The position numbers and the translations under genes are program-made. A DNA stretch of 64,000 bases from a virus. Shown here one piece after another: positions 29,301 through 36,985 of the stretch. Location: the IMG/VR virus record IMGVR_UViG_3300021375_001810; one strand, written 5' to 3'. Position 1 is the first letter of the stretch; each line of letters begins with the position of its first letter. The notes beneath the pieces are model-generated. The model did no database searches. It was not told the origin of the DNA and saw only the letters and a program-made list of their open reading frames with translations.

Positions 29301-31232
29301 GGTATATCTGCTACTACCGCTAGTGCCGATGACGGAACAGCATATACTGTATCACATGCTGATACATCTAGTATAGCAAATGTAGATCTTGGCGCTGAAG
29401 AATTTGTAAATGAAATTACCTTTGACGAGTTTGGCCATGTTCTAACTGTAGGAAGTGCTACTGTTACAGCCCCAAGTAATGAAGAAATTACAATTACAGC
29501 AGGCACTGACCTTTCGACAGGCGGAGCATTTACACTTAATCAAGCTGCTGCAGAAACAATTACAATTGATCACGCAGATATTACTAGATCCGATACAACA
29601 GGTAGTAGTAGTTTGTCATTCGCAGGAACGTTTGATGTGATAGACAGCATTACATCAAATGCTAGAGGTCATATAACAGCGGTCAATGTTAAAACACTTA
29701 CAATGCCAGCTGCTGGTGCTAACGACAATACTACATATTCAACAAGTGTAGTACAAGCAAGTGCAGGTAATGACAGCAATCCAATAATACGTTTAACAGA
29801 CAGCGATGGCACCAATGATGATATTACAATTAGTGGCGGAGGAGACGTAAGTGTAACTAGAACAAGTGCATCAGCATTTAAAGTAGAAGCCACTTTCCCA
29901 ACTGACAACAATACAACTTACGATTTAAGTTTAGTTGATAACTTAACAACTAATGACTCAGTTGATATTAAACTTAATCCTAGTAGCGGTACTGCAGACC
30001 TAGTAACAGTTGAAGCAGGTACAAATATAACTATAGAGGTTGATGGTGACAATGCTAACGGATTTATAATTAGCTCAACTGATACTACAGTTGATGTAGA
30101 CGATACTCCTGTTGATGGAGCAACTACATCAGCAATATCAAGTAATTGGGCATTTGATAATGTTAAGACAGCAGTACCAGTAAATGCGTTATTTACAGAT
30201 ACTAATACAAACCAACTTACTACTTGGACCTTAAGAGACAGTGGCGATGATGATGTAACTATTGGTCAAGGTAAATTTATTAAGTTTGTAACGGCTACAG
30301 GAGCATTAGGAACCAATACAACAGGATCTGGAACAACCGCAGATCCTTACGTAGTAACACTTACATCTCCAAATGATAATACTCAACTTGCAATATCTAG
30401 TACCCCAACTAATGGAGCAACAACTACAGCAATTAGCTCAGACTGGGCATTTGATAATGTTAAAACAGCAGTACCAGCAAATGCGTTATTTACAGATAAT
30501 AATACAACATATAATATTGCAACAGATAGTACAGCAGGTCTTGTTAAAATAGGTGCTACACCAAGTGCTTCTAATTATTATGCAATTGAATTAGACAGCA
30601 ATGATAGAATGTATGTCAATGTGCCGTGGACTGATACTGATAATAAATCATATACAAGTTATATTGAAAATAATCAAACTTCTACAGCAGAGTGGAATTT
30701 AGTATTCGTTGACGGATCATCAGATAATACTTCTGCTGCACAATTAAAAGAATTAACTGTAGACGAACATAGTAGTGGTACTGGCGGATTAACTTATGTA
30801 CCTGGCTCAGCAACACTAAGGACAACTAAGTTCCAAGGTACAGCGACATCAGCAGAATATGCGGATTTGGCGGAAGTTTATTCAAGTGATATAAACTATA
30901 GACCAGGTACTGTTGTAATGTTCGGCGGCGAGCAGGAAGTTACTACTTCAACTGGTTTAGCAACAACTAAAGTAGCAGGTGTTGTATCAACTGACCCTGC
31001 ATACTTAATGAACTCAGAAGCAAAAGGTGTTGCTGTTGCACTTAAAGGACGAGTACCATGTTATGTAGTAGGACCAATTAACAAAGGCGACTTACTAGTA
31101 ACTAGTTCAATTCCGGGCGTTGCATGTAGAACTGAGTCGTGGGTAGGCGGTGCTGTTATTGGTAAGTCAATTGAAGACTGTCCAAAAGAGTTTGAAGTAA
31201 GATTAATAGAAATAGCAATAGGATCAATATAA
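20313..31232 (+). CDS. giant tail fibre/baseplate structural protein (3639 aa)
   Basis: T/G/N/S-rich; two YVS.(N/K)G.D.N modules, three HGL..GD repeats, C-terminal YADLAE..PGTVV chaperone-like domain; next to PAAR. Confidence 0.85.
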   Translation: MPAENGSILVRRGPTTDREVFTPLSGEIIYDTTTGQLHVGDAATAGGKTVFGDKVKVDSDGNLSEIYMRGEEPRPAPVEGLFRYNANTQSLEYSDGNTFYQVASSPFTGSSNVLYVSTNGKDDNTYGSKRGRTPGTAFRTLNAACREADRVMEKAAKGLGPYQKWITYTNASNAQVRSTVASISDNTPYKNIEMSKETYELDATTEIRSGMRIVGQNSGAIGLIEEYTKNVGSTSDTLVIDVESGEFVQGEQIKFGNAIPSLPYQTYNSGATESPEITIRLETGIYYEHFPIKVPNNVSIKGDEFRRSIIRPRPGPSASPYSEIRFKRNADKLELDPNVVGERPFGAHYLTDRANLIYSFVANPGAYTDDYNTLFASKVTLQDAVITFITSTYPSLTYDVDKCKRDVGYIVDALSIDLRDGGRLETLNNALMYQGQLPADQVTETAAALDYLATQIAPLLTTDAQVISNSFIGGIANIIRGTGFNAPKENDTLDVFLMNDATIIRNLSVQGHGGFMEVLDPEGQILTKSPYTQTCSSFSKSLAPKVSFAGGMFVDGFCGNQDARIVQANSTTEIVIDNIYREPQTPTSFFIDGVRWQINKVDKVGVAADQWRCVLSADTPWTDAHYVVINPGQTLPALPYNIEVLTAGNISMLSNDFTQVNDLGYGLYTTNGSRAEAVSVFCYYCHVSYLAENGSDIRSLNGSTAYGDYALLARGSDPLEVSDDVVLADDMIQTGTAMTDATYTNIQGGTVIYVDNLSYAPYNISEVDVDHGGANNVLGDPTYLTRYEVISVSAVESTSPQLYQLNISAGEASNPGVQVTIPDGTPVVLRNNQVIKYDDILDINPTRPSTALQYDDDPDKVYRVLAYDVAGLPDNVARITLRESYDYIKLVVDDTAGSTSGTGQVGDTTIRLDTDLDPNETTRVNLGITTGPKYIFGFNDTIHQVTAYRDKATTGQTYAEIDITPALTKSLGGYPDKPTLRAGLPAGGQADITVGISTLRVTGHDLLDIGTGSYQTSSYPREIYGKPEIAANQAREVVEEGKGRVFFVTTDQDGNFRVGDYFKVDQGTGTVTFAASIALSNLDGIGFKRGVAVSEFSTDDGMTDNATDTVPVESAVRNYVNRRLGLNHAGASVPGIIGPGFLDLNGSNAMAGNLDMDSNNIDNISVLTVATLDATTRLSVPSAGTVVGGNVGDIKYNTDTQRFEGYLSSNQWGSLGGVSDVDGDTYVQGETTPGNDNDDLDFYTAGTQRLQIDETGDFKFGDGLNKVTMDFATGNIVTPGDIDVATLDVGTSAEIATLKVEDLTAGRVLLAGTNGEIEDSANLTFNGTKLTVDGNAEITGNVVIGGNITIGDADTDSIIVSADFEGNLIPDTDDLYDLGTNTKRWSELFLNDKLTLNDYILPLQDGTKGQLVSTDGLGQLGFSDSDIFGGKRVYVSAEKGNDTNDGVTAPVATIKRAMQIASGMVYNVSKDVVDRATVMVATGEYILDNPVIIPDNVSIVGDSIRTVILRPANENEDMFRVRNASYMFNMTFRDALSGTVPIAAFRFAVAFDNPNDSATSRAGYTNLPNTRVLITTSPYLQNCSVISFLGANGVEIDGDLVVTPNTPGNAIEAENPVTPEDGQPEQGKSMVANAFTILSFGGVAWRVMNDAYAQLVSCFVIFAEQGCLTQNGGYLSITNSATNFGYFALRSTGYSPRVFDTDKGIIGNVGVVDNVQNVNIVGLQRDTVNQYVMRVMNLASQDVTNTFNNDTARGVTVSFTAGNASGNSIATTGSHGLSTGDLVQYNKNGNLEIVGLLNEATYYVSVVNTTSLQLFHDADLTKPVTGVNGGSSTGTHQLLHDFEEIFIDEVLSSHNNYQDVYLPAGSYTVTKGALISATSGSDNISATVVNFDNNIITVSVEKVQEGSVSVTNFFSTGAVINAGEISVSSVTVSNVVNRTDLITINAAVKTTKNRQVQSFGLLQGNQAWLHRPSITNSSAHTWEYSGSGVDYNALPENGGVGVDTFEQYSDLPGRVYTSGTNELGDFKIGDFIVAFNRTGNIIFRNQVSIGELDSLALSLSGGVRVTAISNDPDLGDNDVDGALDSRLVTQLAVKSFMNDRLGNFIDRNVSTNAVPSAVVQLNSQGLINQDLIPPTGAFESFTVDEYGGRLTVSQDIPAPNISAGDIVVETYPEIVLNLTGAVTVTAGDTITQATSGATGIVKESGTTSTLKLVNTITGTFNTTDTLSSSGTGNLGASSVPTIVSPVNSINDNYFLKTDKISQFLVLQDGGTPSFTTIISNSTPIQGATSKAVATVTSHVVGVLNAVDVATLPGGSGYTTPGTYENVSIQGGNGSGAKANIIVGATGTITSFDVTVGGSFYTESDNVTINDADVGGRSGGSPISIGVTDIQNRLYVDLNADTGLQFTASNINLDFIVDDNPPTDTLAQQGQSIKAFVATSTGSGGDVDVINDKIVFQSAHGLQNGDPLYYDSNANTPLGGLLNNTTYYAKVLTTTEIELFANYGLTAAGKVDITSSSSGTHNFKVFNVNQYANTFFVPIHGLSTGDAIKFESSSPPTGVDSGDFFFVGSVTLNSFTLHEARGAALDSVAGLTVSPVNITSQGGAVNATLTEQNVIIVDDVNTSGDLESSWSSLSTTTIDAGNIISGVVDTSRLASGNANDKSFLRGDQTWATAVQSITNTTAGDPITLTSADVNGDNFYNNVDIKIEKASYTNPAAPSVGTETLGVASYHFDHFEIDANGRVTTKASGNGGVIDADKLDNQTGAYYLNPVNLSRGVPIQRGGTNLINYAQGDLLYAGSVLGGAPADYNETLTKLTIGSARNVLQVKADGTAPQWTNALSIATLETSSNVTIGGDLTVNGTTTTVNTETINLADNIILLNSNLAGNVAPTQNSGIEIERGNAANKTLIWNEGDDVWTVGAEKFTAGTLEGNLDWSYLQNVVDPVVTVTLTGDVTGTGTATMTNLGSATASFATTITANSVALGTDTSGQYASTITAGDGISATTASADDGTAYTVSHADTSSIANVDLGAEEFVNEITFDEFGHVLTVGSATVTAPSNEEITITAGTDLSTGGAFTLNQAAAETITIDHADITRSDTTGSSSLSFAGTFDVIDSITSNARGHITAVNVKTLTMPAAGANDNTTYSTSVVQASAGNDSNPIIRLTDSDGTNDDITISGGGDVSVTRTSASAFKVEATFPTDNNTTYDLSLVDNLTTNDSVDIKLNPSSGTADLVTVEAGTNITIEVDGDNANGFIISSTDTTVDVDDTPVDGATTSAISSNWAFDNVKTAVPVNALFTDTNTNQLTTWTLRDSGDDDVTIGQGKFIKFVTATGALGTNTTGSGTTADPYVVTLTSPNDNTQLAISSTPTNGATTTAISSDWAFDNVKTAVPANALFTDNNTTYNIATDSTAGLVKIGATPSASNYYAIELDSNDRMYVNVPWTDTDNKSYTSYIENNQTSTAEWNLVFVDGSSDNTSAAQLKELTVDEHSSGTGGLTYVPGSATLRTTKFQGTATSAEYADLAEVYSSDINYRPGTVVMFGGEQEVTTSTGLATTKVAGVVSTDPAYLMNSEAKGVAVALKGRVPCYVVGPINKGDLLVTSSIPGVACRTESWVGGAVIGKSIEDCPKEFEVRLIEIAIGSI
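30147..30498 (+). repeat. 55-bp direct repeat inside tail gene (30147-30201 and 30444-30498)
   Basis: 53/55 identity; encodes WAFDNVKTAVP.NALFTD. Confidence 0.9.
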
Positions 31233-31528
31233 TGCCAGAAGTAGTAAGAAAAAATTTAGATGTTCATGAAGGACATGACTCTAATACACCTAACCCATTT
31301 CATCAAACTAGTTATAATGAAGGATCGCCTGACGTATTTACTAATAACGAATCAACTGTAAGAATAGGTGATACTACTATTTGCGGTGATGGTGCGGCTG
31401 CAGGATCAGCAACTGTGTTTGCAAATAACATAGCAGTACATAGAAAAACTGATGCTACTACAGGACACGGAAGTTGGGGAGCAAATGCGGCCAAAACAGG
31501 AAGTCCTGACGTTTTTGCTGATTCATAA
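31232..31528 (+). CDS. PAAR-repeat spike-tip protein
   Basis: GH, GSPDVF, VRIGD..CG, GSATVF, HRKTD...H repeats. Confidence 0.88.
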   Translation: MPEVVRKNLDVHEGHDSNTPNPFHQTSYNEGSPDVFTNNESTVRIGDTTICGDGAAAGSATVFANNIAVHRKTDATTGHGSWGANAAKTGSPDVFADS

Positions 31529-31601
31529 TAAACCACATTTAAGACCCCTAAGACATAGATTATTTAAATACTGCGTAATTAAAACTTAATAGGAGACAAT
31601 T

Positions 31602-31787
31602 ATGTCAGAACAAACATTACACGAACAAATCGTTCAAGCATACAATTCATACATGGCAGAGCATTCTACATTCGAAGAAAAGAATGTAAAAGCGGCTGCT
31701 GCAAGAGCTCGTAAAGCATTAGGTGATATTGGTAAATTATCAAAATCACGTCGAGCTGAAATTCAAGAACGCAAGAACTCTATGTAA
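31602..31787 (+). CDS. histone H1-like (Hc1-family) small basic protein
   Basis: NVKAAAARARKAL...RAEIQ pattern. Confidence 0.7.
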   Translation: MSEQTLHEQIVQAYNSYMAEHSTFEEKNVKAAAARARKALGDIGKLSKSRRAEIQERKNSM

Positions 31788-31996
31788 TGAGCGGCCAGCG
31801 GCGTTGGCTCAGAACATGGGCACGAACTGTTGGTATGCCCATTGGCATTACAGACGACGATAAGCCAGAATTCCTTCCTATATCTCAATCGAGTGTAAAG
31901 AAGGCCCTGGCTTTTCGCACCTTTTGGATAGTGTTACATGTCGTAACCTGTTTTAGCATTATTGCCGGTAACGGCAGGAACTTAGGAATCTGGTAG
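31787..31996 (+). CDS. small membrane protein
   Basis: TAATG-coupled ORF with a C-terminal hydrophobic helix. Confidence 0.65.
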   Translation: MSGQRRWLRTWARTVGMPIGITDDDKPEFLPISQSSVKKALAFRTFWIVLHVVTCFSIIAGNGRNLGIW

Positions 31997-31997
31997 A

Positions 31998-33143
31998 GTG
32001 GATCAAAGAATATACGAAATTTTAGACAAAGAGGTTGATAGGCAAGCAACCACAATAGAATTAATTGCAAGTGAAAACTTTGCAAGTGATGCTGTAAGAG
32101 ACTTGTCAGGAAGCGTGTTTACTAACAAATACGCAGAAGGTTATCCAGGTAATAGATATTACAACGGTTGTGATCATATGGACGAAATTGAAACATTGGC
32201 CATAGAAGAACTAAAAAAGTTATATGGATGTGAATTTGCAAATGTACAACCGCATTGCGGAGCAAATGCTAACACCGCAGTTTATCAAGCATTTTTAAAG
32301 CCCGGTGATACAATACTAGGTATGGATCTAGCAAGTGGCGGTCATTTAAGTCACGGTAGTAAACCAAACATATCTGGTAAGATCTATAACGCACACACTT
32401 ATGGTGTTGACGAAATAACAGGGTTATTAGACTATGGTGCTATAATGGCACAGGCTAAAGAAGTACAACCTAAAATGATTGTTGCTGGTGCAAGTGCGTA
32501 TCCAAGATCTATTGATTGGAGTTTATTCCGTGAAATTGCAGATAGTGTAGGAGCATTACTATTAGTTGATATGGCACACTATTCAGGACTTATTGCAGGT
32601 AATGCATATCCTAGTCCGTTACCATATGCAGACATAGTAACAAGTACAACACACAAGACTCTTAGAGGCCCACGTGGCGGCATTATACTATGGAATAATC
32701 CAGAATATACAAAACAAATTAATAGTGCAATATTTCCAGGAACACAAGGCGGGCCGTTGATGCATATCATTGCCGCTAAAGCACAATGTTTTTCTGAAGC
32801 AAATACAGATGAGTTTAAAGAATATGCTCAACAAGTAGTACAGAATGCAAAGGCAATGTGTAGAGTGTTTTTAGAAAATGGATTAGAAGTACAAACTAAC
32901 GGAACTGACAGTCACATTATTTTAATGGACTTGTCATCGAGTAAGTTTAGTGGTAGACAAGCAGCTGATTTGTTAGAAGCAAATGGTATTACTGTAAATA
33001 AAAACGGAGTTCCAAATGATCCTAGATCGTTTATTGAAACCAGTGGTATCAGAATAGGAACAGCAGCTGAAACTACACGAGGCCATGACGAAGCATGGTT
33101 TGGACACTTAGCACAACGAATATCAGACCTCTTAAAACAATAG
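31998..33143 (+). CDS. glyA: serine hydroxymethyltransferase
   Basis: LIASEN, NKYAEGYPG.RYY, GGHLSHG, TTHKTLRGPRGG, FPGTQGGP. Confidence 0.98.
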   Translation: MDQRIYEILDKEVDRQATTIELIASENFASDAVRDLSGSVFTNKYAEGYPGNRYYNGCDHMDEIETLAIEELKKLYGCEFANVQPHCGANANTAVYQAFLKPGDTILGMDLASGGHLSHGSKPNISGKIYNAHTYGVDEITGLLDYGAIMAQAKEVQPKMIVAGASAYPRSIDWSLFREIADSVGALLLVDMAHYSGLIAGNAYPSPLPYADIVTSTTHKTLRGPRGGIILWNNPEYTKQINSAIFPGTQGGPLMHIIAAKAQCFSEANTDEFKEYAQQVVQNAKAMCRVFLENGLEVQTNGTDSHIILMDLSSSKFSGRQAADLLEANGITVNKNGVPNDPRSFIETSGIRIGTAAETTRGHDEAWFGHLAQRISDLLKQ

Positions 33144-33155
33144 GAAAGGAACACA

Positions 33156-33380
33156 ATGCTGTGGGTAGATTACAATATTGAAAGTTTTCCAGACGGAAGT
33201 TTTACTGTAAAAGGAGAATGGCCTGGAGAAGTAATGGGTCGTCAATTAAATGGCGATAAAAAAGACCATTGGTTATACAAGCCAGGCGATGTTTTTATAG
33301 TAGATGAAAACGGAATCTTACGTAAGTCAGATCAGTTATCTGCATTAATAACAAAATACGAAAAAAATAATGAAGTGTAA
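33156..33380 (+). CDS. hypothetical protein
   Basis: ORF with AGGA SD. Confidence 0.65.
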   Translation: MLWVDYNIESFPDGSFTVKGEWPGEVMGRQLNGDKKDHWLYKPGDVFIVDENGILRKSDQLSALITKYEKNNEV

Positions 33381-33669
33381 ACAAGGCGACTTAGCCGTTA
33401 TAAAATTTAGCATACGTCCAGAGAACATTGGGCGTATTGTTAAAGTAGCGGAACTTATAGGTCGCTACGAAGCTGGAACACAATTTGCATATAGAGGCAT
33501 GCCCTGTCAAGCCGCTGTTACAGACACTTATTGGTGGATTGAAGCAGACGATCTAAGCATACAGTTAGGGCCATCGCCTCGTGCATACATTCCGGATACA
33601 TGGTTAGAACCAATAAAACCAGAAGAAGAAAAAGCAGAAACAAAAGCTGAATTAGAATTCGAACTGTAG
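33370..33669 (+). CDS. hypothetical protein
   Basis: MKCKQGDLAV...PDTWLEPI. Confidence 0.7.
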   Translation: MKCKQGDLAVIKFSIRPENIGRIVKVAELIGRYEAGTQFAYRGMPCQAAVTDTYWWIEADDLSIQLGPSPRAYIPDTWLEPIKPEEEKAETKAELEFEL

Positions 33670-33681
33670 AAAGGATAGGCC

Positions 33682-33897
33682 ATGAAGCCTAACAAAAATT
33701 TTAGTCTTGAAGTACGAGACATAGAGATTATTGAACAAGCATTAAGAGCCAAGGCAGGACGTAGGGGACTTGCTATTGCACAAGGCGAAACATCACCTCA
33801 GCTCAAAGAAGAAATGCATGAGATACAAGAACTCCTTGGACGCATACATAATCAAAAGAATTGGTATACTCCAAAAGAATTTGTTCCAGGTGGTTGA
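33682..33897 (+). CDS. hypothetical protein
   Basis: 71-aa ORF in operon. Confidence 0.7.
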   Translation: MKPNKNFSLEVRDIEIIEQALRAKAGRRGLAIAQGETSPQLKEEMHEIQELLGRIHNQKNWYTPKEFVPGG

Positions 33898-33924
33898 CAA
33901 ACACAAAAAATGACTGTATAAATA
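33894..33924 (+). promoter_or_regulatory. composite sigma70 and late promoter for tmRNA
   Basis: TTGACA-N17-TATAAA overlapping TATAAATA. Confidence 0.7.
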
Positions 33925-33927
33925 TAA

Positions 33928-34215
33928 CTGTAACGTTGAAGCAAATCAAACGCTATACAGGACCCGGGGGCAGTACCCGGCGACTCCACCAAAAATACAT
34001 TCTGCTTACTGTATAGCAGAAGCAACAGGCTGATAAACTGGGAATGTATTTTTGATGGGGTCGAACTAGGATCGACTGGTAGTTAATAGACAAGTGGAGT
34101 TGCCCGGCGCAAGCACGGTTATCGCAAGAAAACAAATAGAAGCAAACGAAAACTTCGCATTAGCAGCCTAAGGGCTACTACGAGGTAGTTAGACCTTGTT
34201 ACCAAACATAGCAGG
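33928..34215 (+). ncRNA. ssrA: circularly permuted (two-piece) tmRNA, tag ANENFALAA
   Basis: Acceptor piece ends CGACTCCACCA (33991); coding piece starts GGGGTCG (34057), giving the G3-U70 pair; tag ORF 34142-34171. Outer ends approximate. Confidence 0.93.
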
Positions 34216-34250
34216 AAAGGTGTTGCAGAGATGTAACACCTTTTTCTTTT
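34216..34250 (+). terminator. intrinsic terminator after ssrA
   Basis: AAAGGTGTTGCA/TGTAACACCTTT plus T tract. Confidence 0.85.
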
Positions 34251-34355
34251 ATTCTTTCACTCTTGCACAATAAGAGTGCATAAATGATAACTATTAATGT
34301 GAGCAACACAATCCCACCTCGCTCACTAATAAGAATAATAAAAGGAAACTAATCA

Positions 34356-34763
34356 ATGCGTACAACCGTACTAGCAATCGTAGCCGCTCTGGCTACTACA
34401 TCAGTAAGTGCAGCAGATCTAGGTATAGCCGGACTGTCACTTAACACAGAAGTAAAAGCATTTCACAAAGTAGATGCAGAAACTAATCACATTACAGTAG
34501 AGCCAGAATTACGTTGGACACCTAATGCAGGTCCGTTATCAATGTATGGCGAAGTTCCGTTAACAGTGTATGAAACAGATCACGCATCAGGCGATGATTT
34601 TGCTGTAACAAACATTTGGGACGAAGGTCATAAGCCAACACTAGAACTTGGTGTTGATTATACTATCAATTCAAGCACAATGGCATATGCCGAAACAACA
34701 TACGACTACAATAAAGACAAAGGTCGTGGTGAAATTGAAATTGGTGTAGCGTTTAACTTCTAA
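34356..34763 (+). CDS. outer-membrane beta-barrel-like protein
   Basis: Signal peptide, amphipathic strands, C-terminal GVAFNF. Confidence 0.7.
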   Translation: MRTTVLAIVAALATTSVSAADLGIAGLSLNTEVKAFHKVDAETNHITVEPELRWTPNAGPLSMYGEVPLTVYETDHASGDDFAVTNIWDEGHKPTLELGVDYTINSSTMAYAETTYDYNKDKGRGEIEIGVAFNF

Positions 34764-34780
34764 GTAAAATACTGCAACTT

Positions 34781-34809
34781 AAAAGGTCGCTTTATGCGGC
34801 CTTTTTTTA
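34781..34809 (+). terminator. intrinsic terminator
   Basis: AAAAGGTCGC/GCGGCCTTTTTTT. Confidence 0.85.
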
Positions 34810-34855
34810 TGGCTAAATAATACGGGCATATAATTATTACAAAGCGAGGGCAAGT

Positions 34856-35293
34856 ATGTACGAATATAAATGTAAAGTATTAAGAGTAGTCGATGGAGAC
34901 ACTGTCGATATAGATATTGATTTAGGGTTTGGAATGTGGATGCACAAAGAGCGTGTTCGTATAATGGGCATAGATACGCCTGAGTCAAGAACAAGAGATA
35001 AAGTAGAAAAAGCATTTGGATTAGCATCAAAAGCAAGACTAAAAGAAATGTTACCAATTGGATCAATTCAACATCTTAAAACAGAAATTGATAGAAGTGG
35101 CGAAGATAAAAGAGGAAAGTTTGGAAGAATCCTTGGAGACTTTATTATAGACGATAAGCGAGTTACTGAAGTACTTGTTGAAGAAGGATATGCTGTAGCA
35201 TATTTTGGCGGATCAAAAGAAGAAGTTGAAATGAAGCACATGGCAAATAGAGAAAAACTTCTACGTGAAGGTAAAGTAACATTACCAAAATAG
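34856..35293 (+). CDS. thermonuclease (SNase)-like protein
   Basis: RVVDGDT, VRIMGIDTPE, KFGRILG motifs. Confidence 0.9.
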   Translation: MYEYKCKVLRVVDGDTVDIDIDLGFGMWMHKERVRIMGIDTPESRTRDKVEKAFGLASKARLKEMLPIGSIQHLKTEIDRSGEDKRGKFGRILGDFIIDDKRVTEVLVEEGYAVAYFGGSKEEVEMKHMANREKLLREGKVTLPK

Positions 35294-35294
35294 A

Positions 35295-35323
35295 TTGACA
35301 TTAGTGTTTACTCGTGTTATAGT
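35295..35323 (+). promoter_or_regulatory. sigma70 promoter
   Basis: TTGACA-N17-TATAGT with TGn. Confidence 0.7.
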
Positions 35324-35354
35324 ATTACTATAATAAAGGCACGAGGTAGGCACA

Positions 35355-35807
35355 ATGACAATGCATCTAGCGAGAGGTCTTAGTACTATTAGTACTAAGA
35401 AACGTAAGAAGAAAGCTCTTACACAAAAGGATATCGATCGATATACTATCGAATGGCGCAAGCATAACAAATCTATGCGCCGAGCAAACAATCACTCATT
35501 ACAATACGATACAGTAGACGACTACATTTCGTATGTGAGAGGTGAATATAAAGCGCCAGTAAAAAGTAGAGGCACATACACTCCTGATTCATCCTGGCGA
35601 AGAGATGAAACAAAGATTCCTTCTGCAATGGAAGAAGCAATCAAGAATGGTACATTCAATAGAGGATGTTCGGGCGGTACTAAAAAAGAAACACCTAAGT
35701 ATACAGGTGATCTTATTGTAGGCATTGCAACAATGCATAAATCAAATGCTGTTCCTGTAATGCGTGGAACAGATCAAGCAAAAGAAATTGCAAGGATGAG
35801 GAGATAA
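35355..35807 (+). CDS. hypothetical phage protein
   Basis: Basic ORF; C-terminal GIATMHKSNAVPV. Confidence 0.75.
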   Translation: MTMHLARGLSTISTKKRKKKALTQKDIDRYTIEWRKHNKSMRRANNHSLQYDTVDDYISYVRGEYKAPVKSRGTYTPDSSWRRDETKIPSAMEEAIKNGTFNRGCSGGTKKETPKYTGDLIVGIATMHKSNAVPVMRGTDQAKEIARMRR

Positions 35808-35809
35808 TT

Positions 35810-36391
35810 ATGATTAAGATTATAAATTGGGTTGCAGGCGTTGGGGTGTTGACACTTGGATTAATTGGATCAACTGTAGCATACCCTTCAACTTTCCAAG
35901 ATCCAGTACCAGGCGAACTTTTTACAGAAAAAGACCAGCCTGAGTTATATTGTTTAGCAATGAATATCTATCATGAAGCAAGAGCAGACAACTTAGCAGG
36001 TCAGTATGCTGTTGCTGATGTAGTTTTAAATCGTGTAAAGGATACACGTTATCCGAATACTATTTGTGAAGTAGTAAAGGACGGAAAGTATAAGGAAAGT
36101 TGGAAAACAAAACAATATCCTGAACTGCTTGATAGCGAACGTAAGTATATTCCTATTAGAAATAAATGTCAATTTAGTTGGTGGTGTGATGGCAGAAGCG
36201 ACACAGCATTTGATATTGATTCGTGGATGCGAGCTCAAGACATTGCTGAGAGATTAGTATATGTAGGTTCTTATAGAGGTATTACTGAAGGTGCTACTCA
36301 CTATCATGCAACGTATGTTTCACCTATATGGGCGTCCGAACTTGATCAGATTGGTCGAATTGGATCACACATTTTTTATAGGTGGCACTAA
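35810..36391 (+). CDS. cell wall hydrolase (SleB/Hydrolase_2)
   Basis: CLAMNIYHEAR, VVLNRV, CQFSW, GATHYH, IGSHIFY. Confidence 0.92.
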   Translation: MIKIINWVAGVGVLTLGLIGSTVAYPSTFQDPVPGELFTEKDQPELYCLAMNIYHEARADNLAGQYAVADVVLNRVKDTRYPNTICEVVKDGKYKESWKTKQYPELLDSERKYIPIRNKCQFSWWCDGRSDTAFDIDSWMRAQDIAERLVYVGSYRGITEGATHYHATYVSPIWASELDQIGRIGSHIFYRWH

Positions 36392-36469
36392 GTTAACCAA
36401 AAGTGGTTGACTAATCTTCTATACTATAGTATAGTATAACAATAAACTAATAGGCTAATGGAGGCTAAA

Positions 36470-36985
36470 ATGAAAGGCGTAATTCAAAAAGCAACACTAG
36501 TAGGTATGATAATTACCCTAGGTGCATGTTCATCAATGACAACAATTGATGTACGAGAAACAAAAGCAAATCCCAAATGGTACGCAGATTGTGAACAAAT
36601 TGGATCTGAAGGATTCTTATTTTGGAAAGATAAATTCGCTTATGCATGTGGTATGGGCGAAAGCAAATACGAACAAGCAAGTGAGTCACAAGCATACGCA
36701 TTTGCAGTAAAAGGGTTTGCTGAACGTATCAACGGAGTTGTAAACAGCTCAACAGTAGTTGATATCTCAGGAGATTCTAAACAAGATAGAACTCGAGTAG
36801 AGCATCTTGTTAAAGACACAACAATTAGAGAACATCTTGAAGTTAAGAAGTATTCATACGAACTTGCAAGTACAGGCAGAGTTCATACGTATGTAAGAAT
36901 CAAGATGCCACTTGAAACTTTCGACCAATTGATTGCAGAGGCTAATAATGCTCAAGTATCTTCTACTCAGTCTAATAGTAATTAG
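36470..36985 (+). CDS. lipoprotein (LPP20-like)
   Basis: Lipobox LGAC; PKW motif; promoter TTGACT-N17-TATAGT at 36407. Confidence 0.7.
   Translation: MKGVIQKATLVGMIITLGACSSMTTIDVRETKANPKWYADCEQIGSEGFLFWKDKFAYACGMGESKYEQASESQAYAFAVKGFAERINGVVNSSTVVDISGDSKQDRTRVEHLVKDTTIREHLEVKKYSYELASTGRVHTYVRIKMPLETFDQLIAEANNAQVSSTQSNSN

Noticed and set aside
21493-29911. Many minus-strand ORFs within the giant gene (and similar ones elsewhere)
   Set aside because: Antisense open frames caused by codon bias; no SD, promoter or motifs.
33953-34135. 60-aa minus-strand ORF
   Set aside because: Antisense shadow of the tmRNA.
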